Part shown: positions 32,887-42,852 of the stretch, piece by piece
Layout: the number at the start of each line of letters is the position of its first letter
How positions within the stretch are numbered: position 1 is the first letter of the stretch
Assembly: GCA_965205685.1 (NCBI GenBank)
Contig: OZ242174.1
Location: 214,562-278,561, forward strand
From: Gammaproteobacteria bacterium
GTDB lineage: Bacteria > Pseudomonadota > Gammaproteobacteria > UBA4575
Direction: 5' to 3'
Length of the DNA stretch: 64,000 nt
Program-made: the position numbers and the translations under genes
Notes under the pieces: generated by a model
What the model was told of the DNA's origin: nothing
Seen by the model: the letters and a program-made list of their open reading frames with translations, nothing else
The model's database searches: none

Positions 32887-35235
32887 TCAGCGGGCCTTGG
32901 CCCGCTTGGCGGGCGCCTTGCGCCGTGCACCCTTGGCCGACTTGCGGGCGCGGGCCTTTTTTGCCGGCGCTGCGGCAATCAGGTCCTGGCACTCCTGCAG
33001 GGTCAGGTCGGCCGGTTCGCGGCCTTTCGGGATCTTGACGTTCTTGTTGCCGTCGGTGATGTACGGCCCGTAACGCCCGTTCAGCACGCGGATGCCCTGC
33101 TCCTCGAAGTCCTGGATGACCCTGTTGGCATCGCGCTGGCGTTGTTCCTCGACGACCTCGAGGGCGCGCTCCAGGGAAATGGTGTGCGGGTCATCCTGCG
33201 GGATGGAGACGAATTTCTTGCCGTATTTCACGTACGGCCCGTAGCGCCCGATGCCGGCGGTGAGTTCCTCGCCCTTGGGAGTTTCCCCGAGGCTGCGCGG
33301 CAGCTTGAACAGCTCCAGGGCCTCATCGAGGGTGACCTCGTTCATTTTCTGCCCGGGCAGCAGTCCGGCGAAGCTGGGCTTGTCCTCATCCTCGCGGGTG
33401 CCGATCTGCACGTACGGCCCGTAGCGTCCCATGCGCACGCTGACCGGCTTGCCGGAGGCCGGGTCGGTGCCGAGTTCGCGGGCCTGCACGGCCTCCTCGC
33501 GGCTGACACTTTGTTCCTTGTCCTGGATCAGGGTGCTGAACGGGTCCCAGAAGGCGTGCAGTACCGGCACCCAGTCCTTCTCGCCGCGCGAGATCTCGTC
33601 GAGGTCGTTCTCAAGGTGCGCGGTGAAGTCGTAGTCGACGTACTGCGAGAAGTGCTTGGTCAGGAAGGCGTTCACCAGCCGGCCCATGTCGGTGGGCATG
33701 AACCTGCGCTTCTCAAGCTCGGCATACTCGCGGCTTTGCAACGTCGAGATGATGCTCGCATAGGTGGACGGGCGCCCGATGCCGAACTCCTCCAGGGTCT
33801 TGACCAGGCTCGCCTCGGTGAAGCGCGGCGGCGGTTCCGTGAAGTGCTGCTCGGTGCGGATTTTCTCAAGCGCGACGTCCTCGCCCTCGACCAGCGGCGG
33901 CAGCCTGCGCTCGTCGGCATCCTTCTTGGTGTCGTCGAGACCTTCCTGGTAGACCTGGATGAAGCCCGGGTTCTTGATCGAGGAGCCGGTGGCACGAAAG
34001 CTGTTGCCGGTGCCGCACTCGAGGTCCGCGGACACCAGGTTCAGCGTGGCATGCATCATCTGGCAGGCGACCGCCCGCTTCCAGATCAGGGCGTACAGCT
34101 TGTACTGGTCGGGGTTCAGGAACTTGCGGACCTGCTCGGGCGTTCGCATGCACGAGGTCGGTCGAATCGCCTCGTGGGCCTCCTGGGCGTTCTTCGAGCG
34201 GGTCTTGTAGAGCCGCGGCTTGGGCGGCAGGTCGTTGGGGCCGTACTGCCCGGAGATGTACTGGCGCAGCTCGGCAATGGCTTCACCGGCGAGCGCCAGC
34301 GAGTCGGTGCGCATGTAGGTGATCAGGCCGACCGGGCCGTCGCCGAGGTTGATGCCCTCGTAGAGCTGCTGGGCCGTGCGCATGGTTTTTGAAGCCGAGA
34401 AGCGCAGCTTGCGCACCGCTTCCTGCTGCAGGGTCGAGGTGGTGAACGGCGGCGACGGATACCGGTTGCGTGCCTTTTTCTCGACCTTGCGCACCACAAG
34501 GCGCCCCTCGGCCAGGCCCTCGAGCTCCTCGCGGGCTGCCGTGGCCTTGGCCTCGCGGTCAATGTCGAACTGCTTGAGCTTGTCGTCGCGGTAGACCTGC
34601 AGTCGTGCGATGAAGGCCTGCTCGTCCTTCTTGCAGTCGGCCTCCAGGGTCCAGTACTCGCGCGCGGTGAATTTCTCGATCTCGTCCTCGCGCTCGCAGA
34701 TCAGGCGAAGCGCGGGGCTTTGCACGCGCCCGGCCGACAGGCCCTGCTTGATCTTCTTCCACAGCAGCGGCGACAGGTTGAAGCCGACCAGGTAGTCCAT
34801 GGCGCGCCTGGCCTGCTGGGCGTTGACTAAAGAGTCGGAGAGGCTCCTGGGATTCTCGATCGCATCGTTGACCGCCTGGCGGGTGATCTCGTAGAACACC
34901 ACCCGGACTACCTGCTTGCCGTTCAGTGCGCCGCGTTCCTTGAGCAGCTCGTACAGGTGCCAGGAGATGGCCTCGCCTTCGCGGTCCGGGTCCGTCGCCA
35001 GGTACAGGGTGTCGGATTTCTTCAGTGCGCGGGTGATGGCCTTAACGTGCTTCTCGTTCTTGTCGATGACCGCGTACTTCATCTCGAAGCCGTGCTCGGG
35101 ATCGACCGCGCCGTCTTTGGGGATCAGGTCGCGCACGTGCCCGTAGGAGGCGAGCACGCCGAAATCCTTGCCCAGGTATTTCTCGATGGTGCGGGCCTTG
35201 GCCGGGGACTCGACGATGACCAGGTTTTTACTCAT
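32887..35235 (-). CDS. topA: DNA topoisomerase I
   Basis: LVIVESPAKA, ATDPDREGE, SAGRVQS, ITYMRTDS, GRYGPY C-terminal repeats. Confidence 0.98.
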   Translation of the reverse strand: MSKNLVIVESPAKARTIEKYLGKDFGVLASYGHVRDLIPKDGAVDPEHGFEMKYAVIDKNEKHVKAITRALKKSDTLYLATDPDREGEAISWHLYELLKERGALNGKQVVRVVFYEITRQAVNDAIENPRSLSDSLVNAQQARRAMDYLVGFNLSPLLWKKIKQGLSAGRVQSPALRLICEREDEIEKFTAREYWTLEADCKKDEQAFIARLQVYRDDKLKQFDIDREAKATAAREELEGLAEGRLVVRKVEKKARNRYPSPPFTTSTLQQEAVRKLRFSASKTMRTAQQLYEGINLGDGPVGLITYMRTDSLALAGEAIAELRQYISGQYGPNDLPPKPRLYKTRSKNAQEAHEAIRPTSCMRTPEQVRKFLNPDQYKLYALIWKRAVACQMMHATLNLVSADLECGTGNSFRATGSSIKNPGFIQVYQEGLDDTKKDADERRLPPLVEGEDVALEKIRTEQHFTEPPPRFTEASLVKTLEEFGIGRPSTYASIISTLQSREYAELEKRRFMPTDMGRLVNAFLTKHFSQYVDYDFTAHLENDLDEISRGEKDWVPVLHAFWDPFSTLIQDKEQSVSREEAVQARELGTDPASGKPVSVRMGRYGPYVQIGTREDEDKPSFAGLLPGQKMNEVTLDEALELFKLPRSLGETPKGEELTAGIGRYGPYVKYGKKFVSIPQDDPHTISLERALEVVEEQRQRDANRVIQDFEEQGIRVLNGRYGPYITDGNKNVKIPKGREPADLTLQECQDLIAAAPAKKARARKSAKGARRKAPAKRAKAR

Positions 35236-35517
35236 CCGCAGACGGGTTCCTCGTTTTGGGCATCGGGGTCCGGGGGTTCTGTGGTCCCCGCCCGATGACA
35301 ACAGCTTCGGCGGCAAACTAATACGCTGTTCTGATGCTATTGTAAATATGTTTCAGAACTTTTGTGGCATGCTCGCTGTCTTACCTTGTGCCCCGGGGCC
35401 GCACCCGATCCCGCCTGCAGCTGGCCGAACGGGAGTCCATTTTCCTGCGGGTGAAACGATATACTGTGAATGATCTTTGGTACCTGCCGGAGGATTTCGA
35501 GAATGCCTGACCTGCCC

Positions 35518-36267
35518 ATGATTTCAAGACTGGCGGCACTGACGGTGCTGCTGGCCTGTACATCCACTACCTGGGCCGACGGGCTCTATGCCGGGCTGCG
35601 CGTGAGCCATGCGCTCGTCGACATCAAGCACGACAAGGACGTGCACTACAACGCAGGCGTCCTCGATGCGCACCCTGGCGGCAGCCACACGAGCACCAGC
35701 GACACCCAGGACGATCCGATCAACTCGCTGAGCGCGGTCCTCGGCTACCGCACATCGCTCGGCGGCAACACCTGGCTGGCTGCAGAGATGGCGGGCTCGG
35801 TGTACTCGGGGAGTGTGCGCGGCTATCTCGAGGGCTCGTATCGGGGGGACGCGACTCCGGTACCCTCGGAGCATGTGTTCCCCGGGGCATGGCGGGCCGA
35901 GAAGGACCACAGCTTCGGCATCAATGCGCGGCTTGGCCACGATCTCAACGGCCACCGCTCCGTGTACCTGCTGGCCGGGCTGCAGTGGCTGCAGACCACC
36001 ATGCGCACGAGCTTTGACAACCTTGCGACCGAGGGCCTCATCATCCGCGGCACGAGCCGCAACACGCGCAGCACCACACCGTGGGTGTTTGGCGCAGGCC
36101 TGGAGCTCGGCAGCGGCCCGCACCGCTTCGATGTCCGCGCCCAGTATTCGAGCTGGGACATCGGCTACTCCACCGGGGACGGCAACGCCGAGGATAGCGC
36201 CTACGTGCCCTCGGGCTTCGATGCCGAGGAGATCGGCCTGACCGTGGGGTATTTGCGGGTGTTCTGA
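35518..36267 (+). CDS. outer-membrane beta-barrel protein (8-strand, Omp/porin-like)
   Basis: Signal peptide, GLYAG, alternating amphipathic strands, C-terminal ...GYLRVF. Confidence 0.75.
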   Translation: MISRLAALTVLLACTSTTWADGLYAGLRVSHALVDIKHDKDVHYNAGVLDAHPGGSHTSTSDTQDDPINSLSAVLGYRTSLGGNTWLAAEMAGSVYSGSVRGYLEGSYRGDATPVPSEHVFPGAWRAEKDHSFGINARLGHDLNGHRSVYLLAGLQWLQTTMRTSFDNLATEGLIIRGTSRNTRSTTPWVFGAGLELGSGPHRFDVRAQYSSWDIGYSTGDGNAEDSAYVPSGFDAEEIGLTVGYLRVF

Positions 36268-36399
36268 TGCCGGCGGTGCGCGTGCGTGCGCCGTGCTGAA
36301 TTGCCCCGAAGAACAAAAAGAATGTACGCTATGGCTTCATACTGATGCTTGCGGGCCTGAAAACCGGCCCGTGTCCCACAAGAGCAAAGGGGTTTAGCC

Positions 36400-37323
36400 A
36401 TGAATCAATCCTATTTCCAAACGGCGGCAGTGGCCGCCTTGATCGTCCTGTGTCTGGCCGTCCCGGCACAGGCAGGCCTGTACATCAGCGGCGATTTCGG
36501 CATGAACTTCGGCTCGTCGATGACCACCGATGGCCATGACACCGACCGTGCCAGCATCTGCGACGAGTACATCAATCCGGACTACGCCTCGGTCACCACC
36601 CGGGACTGCAACGCACCCAACCGCGGCGCGACCAGCCTCTGGAAAAACCGTTTCGGCTCCGACGAGGGACCCCTGTTTGCCCTGGCCATCGGCTTCGACA
36701 TGCCGGATTCGATGTTCCGCACCGAGGTCGAGTACTTTTACCGCGACACCGGCTACGATGAGACGTCCAACGTCACCAGTACCGGCGGCGACGTGTTTGC
36801 CAAGCTCGGCGGCGAGCTCGAGACCGCGGAAGAAACCATCGACAGCGTCACCTCGCACAACCTGTTTGCCAACCTGTACGTGGATTTCGACCGCCCCGGG
36901 CGCCTGACCCCGTACATCGGCATCGGCATCGGCCTGGGCTTCACGGAGATGGACTACGGCGGGATCTTCCAGCGCAACCTCGATCCGGCGGCCATCACCA
37001 CCGGCGACGACCAGCCGAACGCGGCCGTGATCAAGGCCAACCTGGCCGGCTCGACCACGACCGAGCACGAGGAACTGGACGACACCCTGTTCGGCTACCA
37101 GCTGATCGCAGGGGTCGACTACATGCTCACCGATCACCTGGCGGCCGGCATCAAGGTACGGTACGTGGAGTATGACTCCTTCAAGGATGGCGATGAGTGG
37201 GACATCCTGCGCAGCCACACCTCGAACGTTCGAAGGGACGGCAGCGAGCCGGTGGTCTACGACATCAAGGTCGACGACATGGAGATGTTCACCGCAAGCC
37301 TGACCCTGAAGTACAAGTTCTGA
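36400..37323 (+). CDS. outer-membrane beta-barrel protein (Opacity/Msp2-P44-like), paralogue 1
   Basis: Signal peptide AQA, RTEVEY, NLYVDF, TPYIGIGIG, YQLIAG, terminal LKYKF. Confidence 0.8.
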   Translation: MNQSYFQTAAVAALIVLCLAVPAQAGLYISGDFGMNFGSSMTTDGHDTDRASICDEYINPDYASVTTRDCNAPNRGATSLWKNRFGSDEGPLFALAIGFDMPDSMFRTEVEYFYRDTGYDETSNVTSTGGDVFAKLGGELETAEETIDSVTSHNLFANLYVDFDRPGRLTPYIGIGIGLGFTEMDYGGIFQRNLDPAAITTGDDQPNAAVIKANLAGSTTTEHEELDDTLFGYQLIAGVDYMLTDHLAAGIKVRYVEYDSFKDGDEWDILRSHTSNVRRDGSEPVVYDIKVDDMEMFTASLTLKYKF

Positions 37324-37336
37324 CAAGGAGGATTTC

Positions 37337-38278
37337 ATGCGAGGCAATATTCTGGTCACCGCCTGTGTGCTCGCCCTGGTGGCGGCACAGGCACCCGTAC
37401 ACGCCGCAGGCCTGTACCTCAGCGGCGATTTCGGCATGAACTTCGGAGCCTCGCTCGATTCCAACGGGGCCACCAACGACCGGGCCAGCATCTGCGACGA
37501 ATACATCAACCCGAGCTATGCCTCGGTGGCCGATGACGGCCAGGGCAAGAGCTGCACGGACCCCGCACGCGGGCGCGGTGACGGCTGGGACAACGGTTTT
37601 AGCTCCGACGAGGGGCCGCTGTTCGCCCTGGCGCTGGGCTACCGGCTGGCCGACTCACCCCTGCGAGCAGAGCTTGAGTATTTCTATCGCGATACCGGCT
37701 ACGACGAGACCTCCCCGATCCCCTCGGCAGTGGGCGTCAACCTGGACAAGATTGCCCAGGAGATCGTCACCGCGACCGACCGCATCGACAGCATGACCTC
37801 GCACAACCTGTTTGCCAACCTGTACATGGACTTTGCCGGCACCGGGCACCTTACCCCGTATCTCGGGGTGGGCGTGGGTCTGGGCTTCACCGACGTGGAC
37901 TACGGCAGCGTGTGGTCGCGCAACCCCGATCCTGCTGCGATTCGCACCGGCGCCGGGCTGCCCAACGTCGATGAAATTCGCCAGAACCTGGCCGCCACCA
38001 CCAGCGTGGTCGATGACGAGCTCAGCGACACCCTGTTCGCCTACCAGTTGATGGCCGGGCTGGACTACAGCCTCACCGAGCACCTGGTGGCCGGACTCAA
38101 GGCCCGCTGGGTCCATTACGAGGACTTCAGGGAAACCGGCGTCGTCTGGGACCCGCTTCGAAGCCACCCGCCGTATCTTCGCAAAAGCGGGGCGGACCGC
38201 GAGAAGGTCGAAGGGGCAATCAAGCTCAAAGACGTCGAGCTTTGGGCCATCAGCCTCAACCTCAAGTACCTGTTCTGA
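37337..38278 (+). CDS. outer-membrane beta-barrel protein (Opacity/Msp2-P44-like), paralogue 2
   Basis: Same motifs as the upstream gene; AAGGAGG RBS; terminal LKYLF. Confidence 0.8.
   Translation: MRGNILVTACVLALVAAQAPVHAAGLYLSGDFGMNFGASLDSNGATNDRASICDEYINPSYASVADDGQGKSCTDPARGRGDGWDNGFSSDEGPLFALALGYRLADSPLRAELEYFYRDTGYDETSPIPSAVGVNLDKIAQEIVTATDRIDSMTSHNLFANLYMDFAGTGHLTPYLGVGVGLGFTDVDYGSVWSRNPDPAAIRTGAGLPNVDEIRQNLAATTSVVDDELSDTLFAYQLMAGLDYSLTEHLVAGLKARWVHYEDFRETGVVWDPLRSHPPYLRKSGADREKVEGAIKLKDVELWAISLNLKYLF
38153..38278 (+). repeat. direct repeat, copy 1 (3' end of OMP gene)
   Basis: 126 bp aligning without gaps to 42879-43004. Confidence 0.92.
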
Positions 38279-38757
38279 GACAGCTTCTCAAAATTTTTCA
38301 CCGCGAGCGATATATTTGCTGTACACCCAACGTACGGAAAGTCTTTCTGCAACAGTCAGTTTCTTGCAGGACTTGTCAGCCCAGTATGATTGAAGTTTCT
38401 GCTAGGTTCTTCGTGGTTTAGGCATAGGCTGAACCCTCAGCCACCTTGGCGGGCCTCGAACAATAAGTAGCCCTTTACGGTATATGCACCTGTAAATTGC
38501 TTAACTTCTAAAATTTTGTCTTGTCGCACTACTGTGTACCCTCATGCAAACACATGAACAACAATGCTGGAAATTTTTTGCATTTAGCTTCTGGTGAAAT
38601 TCACGGGATCAGGCACACGGCTGGAGGGCATGAGAATTCAAGGCCATCAGTATAAGGACATACTGTGATTTTGGATTTCCCTTACTGACAAACTCATTCG
38701 ACACGTGATGTTAAGTTATTTGTAGATAAACGCATGGTCTTAATCAAAGGAGGAAAT

Positions 38758-39315
38758 ATGACTAAAAAAATTGCCTGTCTGGGTTGGGGATCACTGGTAT
38801 GGGATCCTAGAAGCTTGCCTACAACGGGTTGCTGGCATGAGGATGGCCCTGGTGTAAAAGTCGAGTTCTTGCGCCAATCTAATGATGATCGAATTACTCT
38901 AGTGCTTGACGAAGATGCTGATTTCGTTCCTTCGCTTTGGAGCATGATGACGTGTAGTACTGTCAAAGGTGCAGTAGAGGCGTTACACGAACGTGAAGGG
39001 CGTCCAGGGACAAGAAAAATTGGAATTTGGGAACGGCAAAGGGAGAGCTTTAAAGACTCAAACTACATCTGCAAATTCATGGAATTTGTTGATCACAATA
39101 AACTGGATGCCGTGGTCTGGACAAAGCTTGGCCCGAAATTTAATAACGTAGATGGCTATCGTCCTACTGAGAAAGAAGTGATCGACCACTTTATAAAACT
39201 TGAGGGGTGTAAGCGGTTTAATGCAGAAGAGTATATTCGCAAAGCCCATCCTCAGATCAATACAAAATATCGTCGTAAGATCAAGGAAGCAATGGGCTGG
39301 AAACCTTGTGGTTGA
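38758..39315 (+). CDS. hypothetical protein with GGCT-like N-terminus
   Basis: AAGGAGG RBS; KIACLGWGSLVWDP, EFLRQS..RITLV, EYIRKA. Confidence 0.7.
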   Translation: MTKKIACLGWGSLVWDPRSLPTTGCWHEDGPGVKVEFLRQSNDDRITLVLDEDADFVPSLWSMMTCSTVKGAVEALHEREGRPGTRKIGIWERQRESFKDSNYICKFMEFVDHNKLDAVVWTKLGPKFNNVDGYRPTEKEVIDHFIKLEGCKRFNAEEYIRKAHPQINTKYRRKIKEAMGWKPCG

Positions 39316-39594
39316 GATTCCTGCCGCTGGAAAACAGTAATCGAGTTAGGTTGACTCTTGATTATCTTGAGGTTAGAAACTGCCAGTTGGGTGTACCCCA
39401 CGTGTTTCTATTTTGAGATTTGCCAGTGCTCTTCTTCAGAGCAGTAGAAAGTTCACGTAAAAATGTGGCGATAGGGCACATTCTATAACCATTTCTGGCC
39501 ATCCCCTCTAAAGCCTGTGATGCAGATTGTGGCGTTGTGGGGATATTACCACACTGCTGCTTTTCAAATAGTTTTAAATCAGCTTGAACTATTG

Positions 39595-39609
39595 TTACCA
39601 TTAAGGTAA
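39595..39609. promoter_or_regulatory. inverted repeat, putative HigA-type operator
   Basis: TTACC-ATTAA-GGTAA about 40 bp upstream of the higB-like gene. Confidence 0.45.
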
Positions 39610-39646
39610 TATTATATTAGTTATTAACATAACTTAAAAAGTAATA

Positions 39647-39994
39647 GTGGAGATTTTGATTGCCAATAAGCGACTAAATTCAATCTTCAGCAGCGAAAGA
39701 TCACTTAACAGAAAGTTTGGGCAGGAAATGACGACGAAGATAATGCTAAGGCTTAGTGCATTGAATGCTGCCGATAACTTAGGGGATTTTTGGCCACCAT
39801 ACTCAGGACCAGAGCGTTGTCATGAGCTAAAGGGTGGTCTTAAAGGCCATTTTTCGATGGATCTTAGGCAACCATACAGGTTGTTGATAACTCCCTTGGA
39901 AGATGTTTCGAAGAAAGAATTTCCTGATGAAATTGATCGTTGGAGACAAATTAAAAAGGTGGTGATACGTGGAGTCGAAAACACTCATGGTTAA
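39647..39994 (+). CDS. HigB/RelE-like toxin (killer-suppression family)
   Basis: RLSALNAA, PERCHELKG, FSMDLRQPYRL, VENTHG. Confidence 0.85.
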   Translation: MEILIANKRLNSIFSSERSLNRKFGQEMTTKIMLRLSALNAADNLGDFWPPYSGPERCHELKGGLKGHFSMDLRQPYRLLITPLEDVSKKEFPDEIDRWRQIKKVVIRGVENTHG

Positions 39995-41108
39995 TTCTGA
40001 TTACAAATCTCTGAATCCTGTTGCAGCAGTTCACCCAGGTGAGGTTTTGTCGGAATACCTGGATTCAAACTGCTGGAATCAGAGGGACCTTGCTCGCAGA
40101 ACAGGTATTACACCTAAAACGGTTAGTGAGATTTGCAATGGGAAAGCTCCTATATCTCCTTCGACTTCGCTTGCCTTGGAGAAGGTCTTTCGTCGGCCAG
40201 CCCATTTTTGGCTAAACCTGCAGCGTCAGTACGATGAATTGTTAGCCAGAAATAAATACCAAGAAAACCGGGATAATTGGGTTCAATGGAGCTTGAAGTT
40301 TCCCATTCGGGATTTGAAAAAACTGAATCTATTGCCGGGTAGTGGCAGCAAATCAGATGATCTGGATGCACTTCTTTTATTCTTGGGAGTTTCTTCGCCA
40401 AAGAGCTGGGAAAAAGTCTGGGAAGCATCTCGGATTGCATTCAGGCAGACAAGGCAAGTGAGGGCTAGCACTGAGGCAATTTCTTCCTGGGTACGGGCCA
40501 CCGAGTGCTACTCGGAAGCGATCAGCACATCTGAGTATGATGCACAAGGTGTGTTAAATGCGATTGAGCCTTTGAGGAAGTGCACTACACGAAAGGCAGA
40601 AAAATCCATCCCTGATGCACAGTCTATCTGTGCGTCTGTAGGAATTGCGTTTGTGCTGGTTCCTGGGTTCTCCAATACTGGTATCAGTGGCTGTGCACGA
40701 TGGTTGTCTCCCACTAAGGCACTGATCGCCTTGTCCAATAGATATAAATCTGACGATCGGCTTTGGTTTACGTTTTTCCATGAACTGGCTCACATACTGA
40801 TGCATCGTAAAACGCATGCGTTTGTTCTGGATAATGCAGTCAAAGATTTGTCAGATAAAGTGGTCGATCCTACTATCCAAAAGCAGGAAGACGAAGCAAA
40901 CCGTTTTGCAGCAGATACTCTGATCCCACCTGATGATTTAGTCGGCTTTATCAGCAAGGCAAAATTTACAAATGAAAGTATTAAGGGGTTCTCCAAGCAT
41001 ATTGGTGTTGGGCCAGGCATAGTTGTTGGCAGACTTCAGCATGAAGAATTATTACAACCTCACCAGGGTAACAGGCTGAAACAAAAAATAGAGTTGCATG
41101 TCGCCTAA
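39987..41108 (+). CDS. HigA-family HTH antitoxin fused to ImmA/IrrE metallopeptidase
   Basis: HPGEVL, QRDLARRTG HTH, FWLNLQ; WFTFFHELAH (HExxH) and EDEANRFA. Confidence 0.9.
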   Translation: MVNSDYKSLNPVAAVHPGEVLSEYLDSNCWNQRDLARRTGITPKTVSEICNGKAPISPSTSLALEKVFRRPAHFWLNLQRQYDELLARNKYQENRDNWVQWSLKFPIRDLKKLNLLPGSGSKSDDLDALLLFLGVSSPKSWEKVWEASRIAFRQTRQVRASTEAISSWVRATECYSEAISTSEYDAQGVLNAIEPLRKCTTRKAEKSIPDAQSICASVGIAFVLVPGFSNTGISGCARWLSPTKALIALSNRYKSDDRLWFTFFHELAHILMHRKTHAFVLDNAVKDLSDKVVDPTIQKQEDEANRFAADTLIPPDDLVGFISKAKFTNESIKGFSKHIGVGPGIVVGRLQHEELLQPHQGNRLKQKIELHVA

Positions 41109-41139
41109 GAAATAATACGATTTTGACGAGTTTATTACG

Positions 41140-41733
41140 ATGATAGGAAAAATATTTATAACATCCTCCGGATATGACCCCGTCCATGGGAAGCACATAA
41201 ATGACCCACATCTGAAGGGCAGTCCAAGCTTGGGCGCGTGTCGTCCTGACCTTAGAAAGGCGGTAAATCCAGGCGACTGGATATTCACAATTTCCGGAAA
41301 GTTGAAGGCTTCACCGAAAATAAATCAGTTTGTAATGGGAGGATTTGAAGTCGCAGAAAAGATTGATGCCCAGGAAGCATATTCCAGATTTCCAGAACAG
41401 CGTTTACGGTCCGAAGATGGGCTGATGTGCGGCAACATAATTGTTGACAGGTTTGGAAGACAACACCGATTAGACCATCACCCTAGTGGAGAGAAGTTTA
41501 AGCAACGATGCAAAAACTTTGTTGTAGGAAAAAACTTGATTATGCCTCAGACACCGGGAGAGATCTTTAAGGCACGGGAGCAAACTATGGATGTTTTGCA
41601 ATACATCCTGGGGAAACTTGGCCCTACCCCATTTAGTCTGTTAGGGAGGTCTGCAAAGAATCTAAGTGAAAACCAGGTTGCGATGCTGCTCGAGTGGCTT
41701 TTTTCTCTAAAGGATGAAGTAAAAATTGCCTGA
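41140..41733 (+). CDS. nucleotide-modification-associated domain 2 (Nmad2)-like protein
   Basis: DPH...PSLGACRPDLRKAVNPGDWIF, GNII, DHH resemble the Nmad2 pattern TLA.CKP.IR....GDWI / GDNIY; recalled by eye. Confidence 0.6.
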   Translation: MIGKIFITSSGYDPVHGKHINDPHLKGSPSLGACRPDLRKAVNPGDWIFTISGKLKASPKINQFVMGGFEVAEKIDAQEAYSRFPEQRLRSEDGLMCGNIIVDRFGRQHRLDHHPSGEKFKQRCKNFVVGKNLIMPQTPGEIFKAREQTMDVLQYILGKLGPTPFSLLGRSAKNLSENQVAMLLEWLFSLKDEVKIA

Positions 41734-41769
41734 CAAAGGCAGAAATATTTCCCAAATCTTGTAAAAAAA

Positions 41770-42852
41770 ATGAAGTGCAACATAGTGCCTGTTGGCAAAC
41801 GCAGAGATGGCGGAACAAGATTTTGGTGCCTCAATCATAAAGCGGATGCAACTGCAAAATATGGGCGTCAAAGCAAAAAATGTCGGTATGCCGACGTACC
41901 TCCGGTAACCGACGAAGAGCATCTAAGCCTTGATTTAAGCAGATATCCAGGCGGGGTGGCGATTTGGGGAGCAGCACCACCGATCTACGACACATCCAAC
42001 TTGCCTCTGGCTAGAGGCATCCATATTCATGCAAGGCAAGTTGAGGGCGGTGACAAATTAATTGATGACACTTATCGATCAGTCTGCATAACAGAAAATG
42101 GTAAGGACTATGAAATTACGGAGCTTGATGCTATCTACTTCATGGTATCAACAATTTTTGAAATTGAAACCAAATACTTGGAATGCCCATTTTGCGAATT
42201 TCCCCATCTTGATAAAGATTGGTTTTGTGTACATCCGCACAGGCGCCACTTATGTGCTGGCTGCGGTAAAATTTTTAGTGACTCGGAACTTAGTGTTGGC
42301 AATCCGATGACAAGGCTGTACAAGGATGTTTTGCGCTTACCCCGGGAAGCACCGGTGCCGTCATCTAAATTACTAGACATAACACAAACGGATTTTCCAG
42401 GCGGTATTCAAGTCTGGGGCTCGAACCCTGCTATTTTATGGACGAGCGGGAGACATGAAGAATCTGGCATTCATGTCCACGTACATTCAGAAAATGACCC
42501 TACGTCACTAAAGCACGACGAGACTTTTGGTAAAGTTATAATTGATGGACTGGAGTTAGATCCTCTTATGGTTAGGACACTGATGGCACAGAATTGTCTG
42601 CCACATCTTAAAAGGCGGATCGTAAGCCTGCAGTGCAGCAATTGTGAGGCATGGTACTTTGATAAAGGTCATGCTGCTTTTACTCCAGCCACCGATCGAA
42701 ATTGTTTGAACTGTGGCTACCCCGTTAAATCAAAAACAAGATTAAAAAAGGTAATCTCTAATCCGCTGAAACAAGTCTTAAATACTCTTGCCTCGGGTTC
42801 GCCATCCACAAGAAAAAAACATTCACTGGACTTGATCCCAGAATCTATTTGA
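41770..42852 (+). CDS. uncharacterised internally duplicated Zn-binding protein
   Basis: 360 aa; two repeats each with PGG..(I/V)WG, GIHxH, CxxC...CxxCG and NP; N-terminal Cys/His cluster. Confidence 0.85.
   Translation: MKCNIVPVGKRRDGGTRFWCLNHKADATAKYGRQSKKCRYADVPPVTDEEHLSLDLSRYPGGVAIWGAAPPIYDTSNLPLARGIHIHARQVEGGDKLIDDTYRSVCITENGKDYEITELDAIYFMVSTIFEIETKYLECPFCEFPHLDKDWFCVHPHRRHLCAGCGKIFSDSELSVGNPMTRLYKDVLRLPREAPVPSSKLLDITQTDFPGGIQVWGSNPAILWTSGRHEESGIHVHVHSENDPTSLKHDETFGKVIIDGLELDPLMVRTLMAQNCLPHLKRRIVSLQCSNCEAWYFDKGHAAFTPATDRNCLNCGYPVKSKTRLKKVISNPLKQVLNTLASGSPSTRKKHSLDLIPESI

Noticed and set aside
32515-34392. 625-aa ORF on the + strand, and many similar long ORFs (e.g. 5417-6703, 7024-8283, 11156-12520, 47812-49200)
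   Set aside because: Antisense shadows of high-GC housekeeping genes with no independent motifs.
38279-38757. Integrase/transposase or ncRNA at the island's left end
   Set aside because: No recombinase-like ORF or convincing structure visible; would need BLASTx and Rfam.
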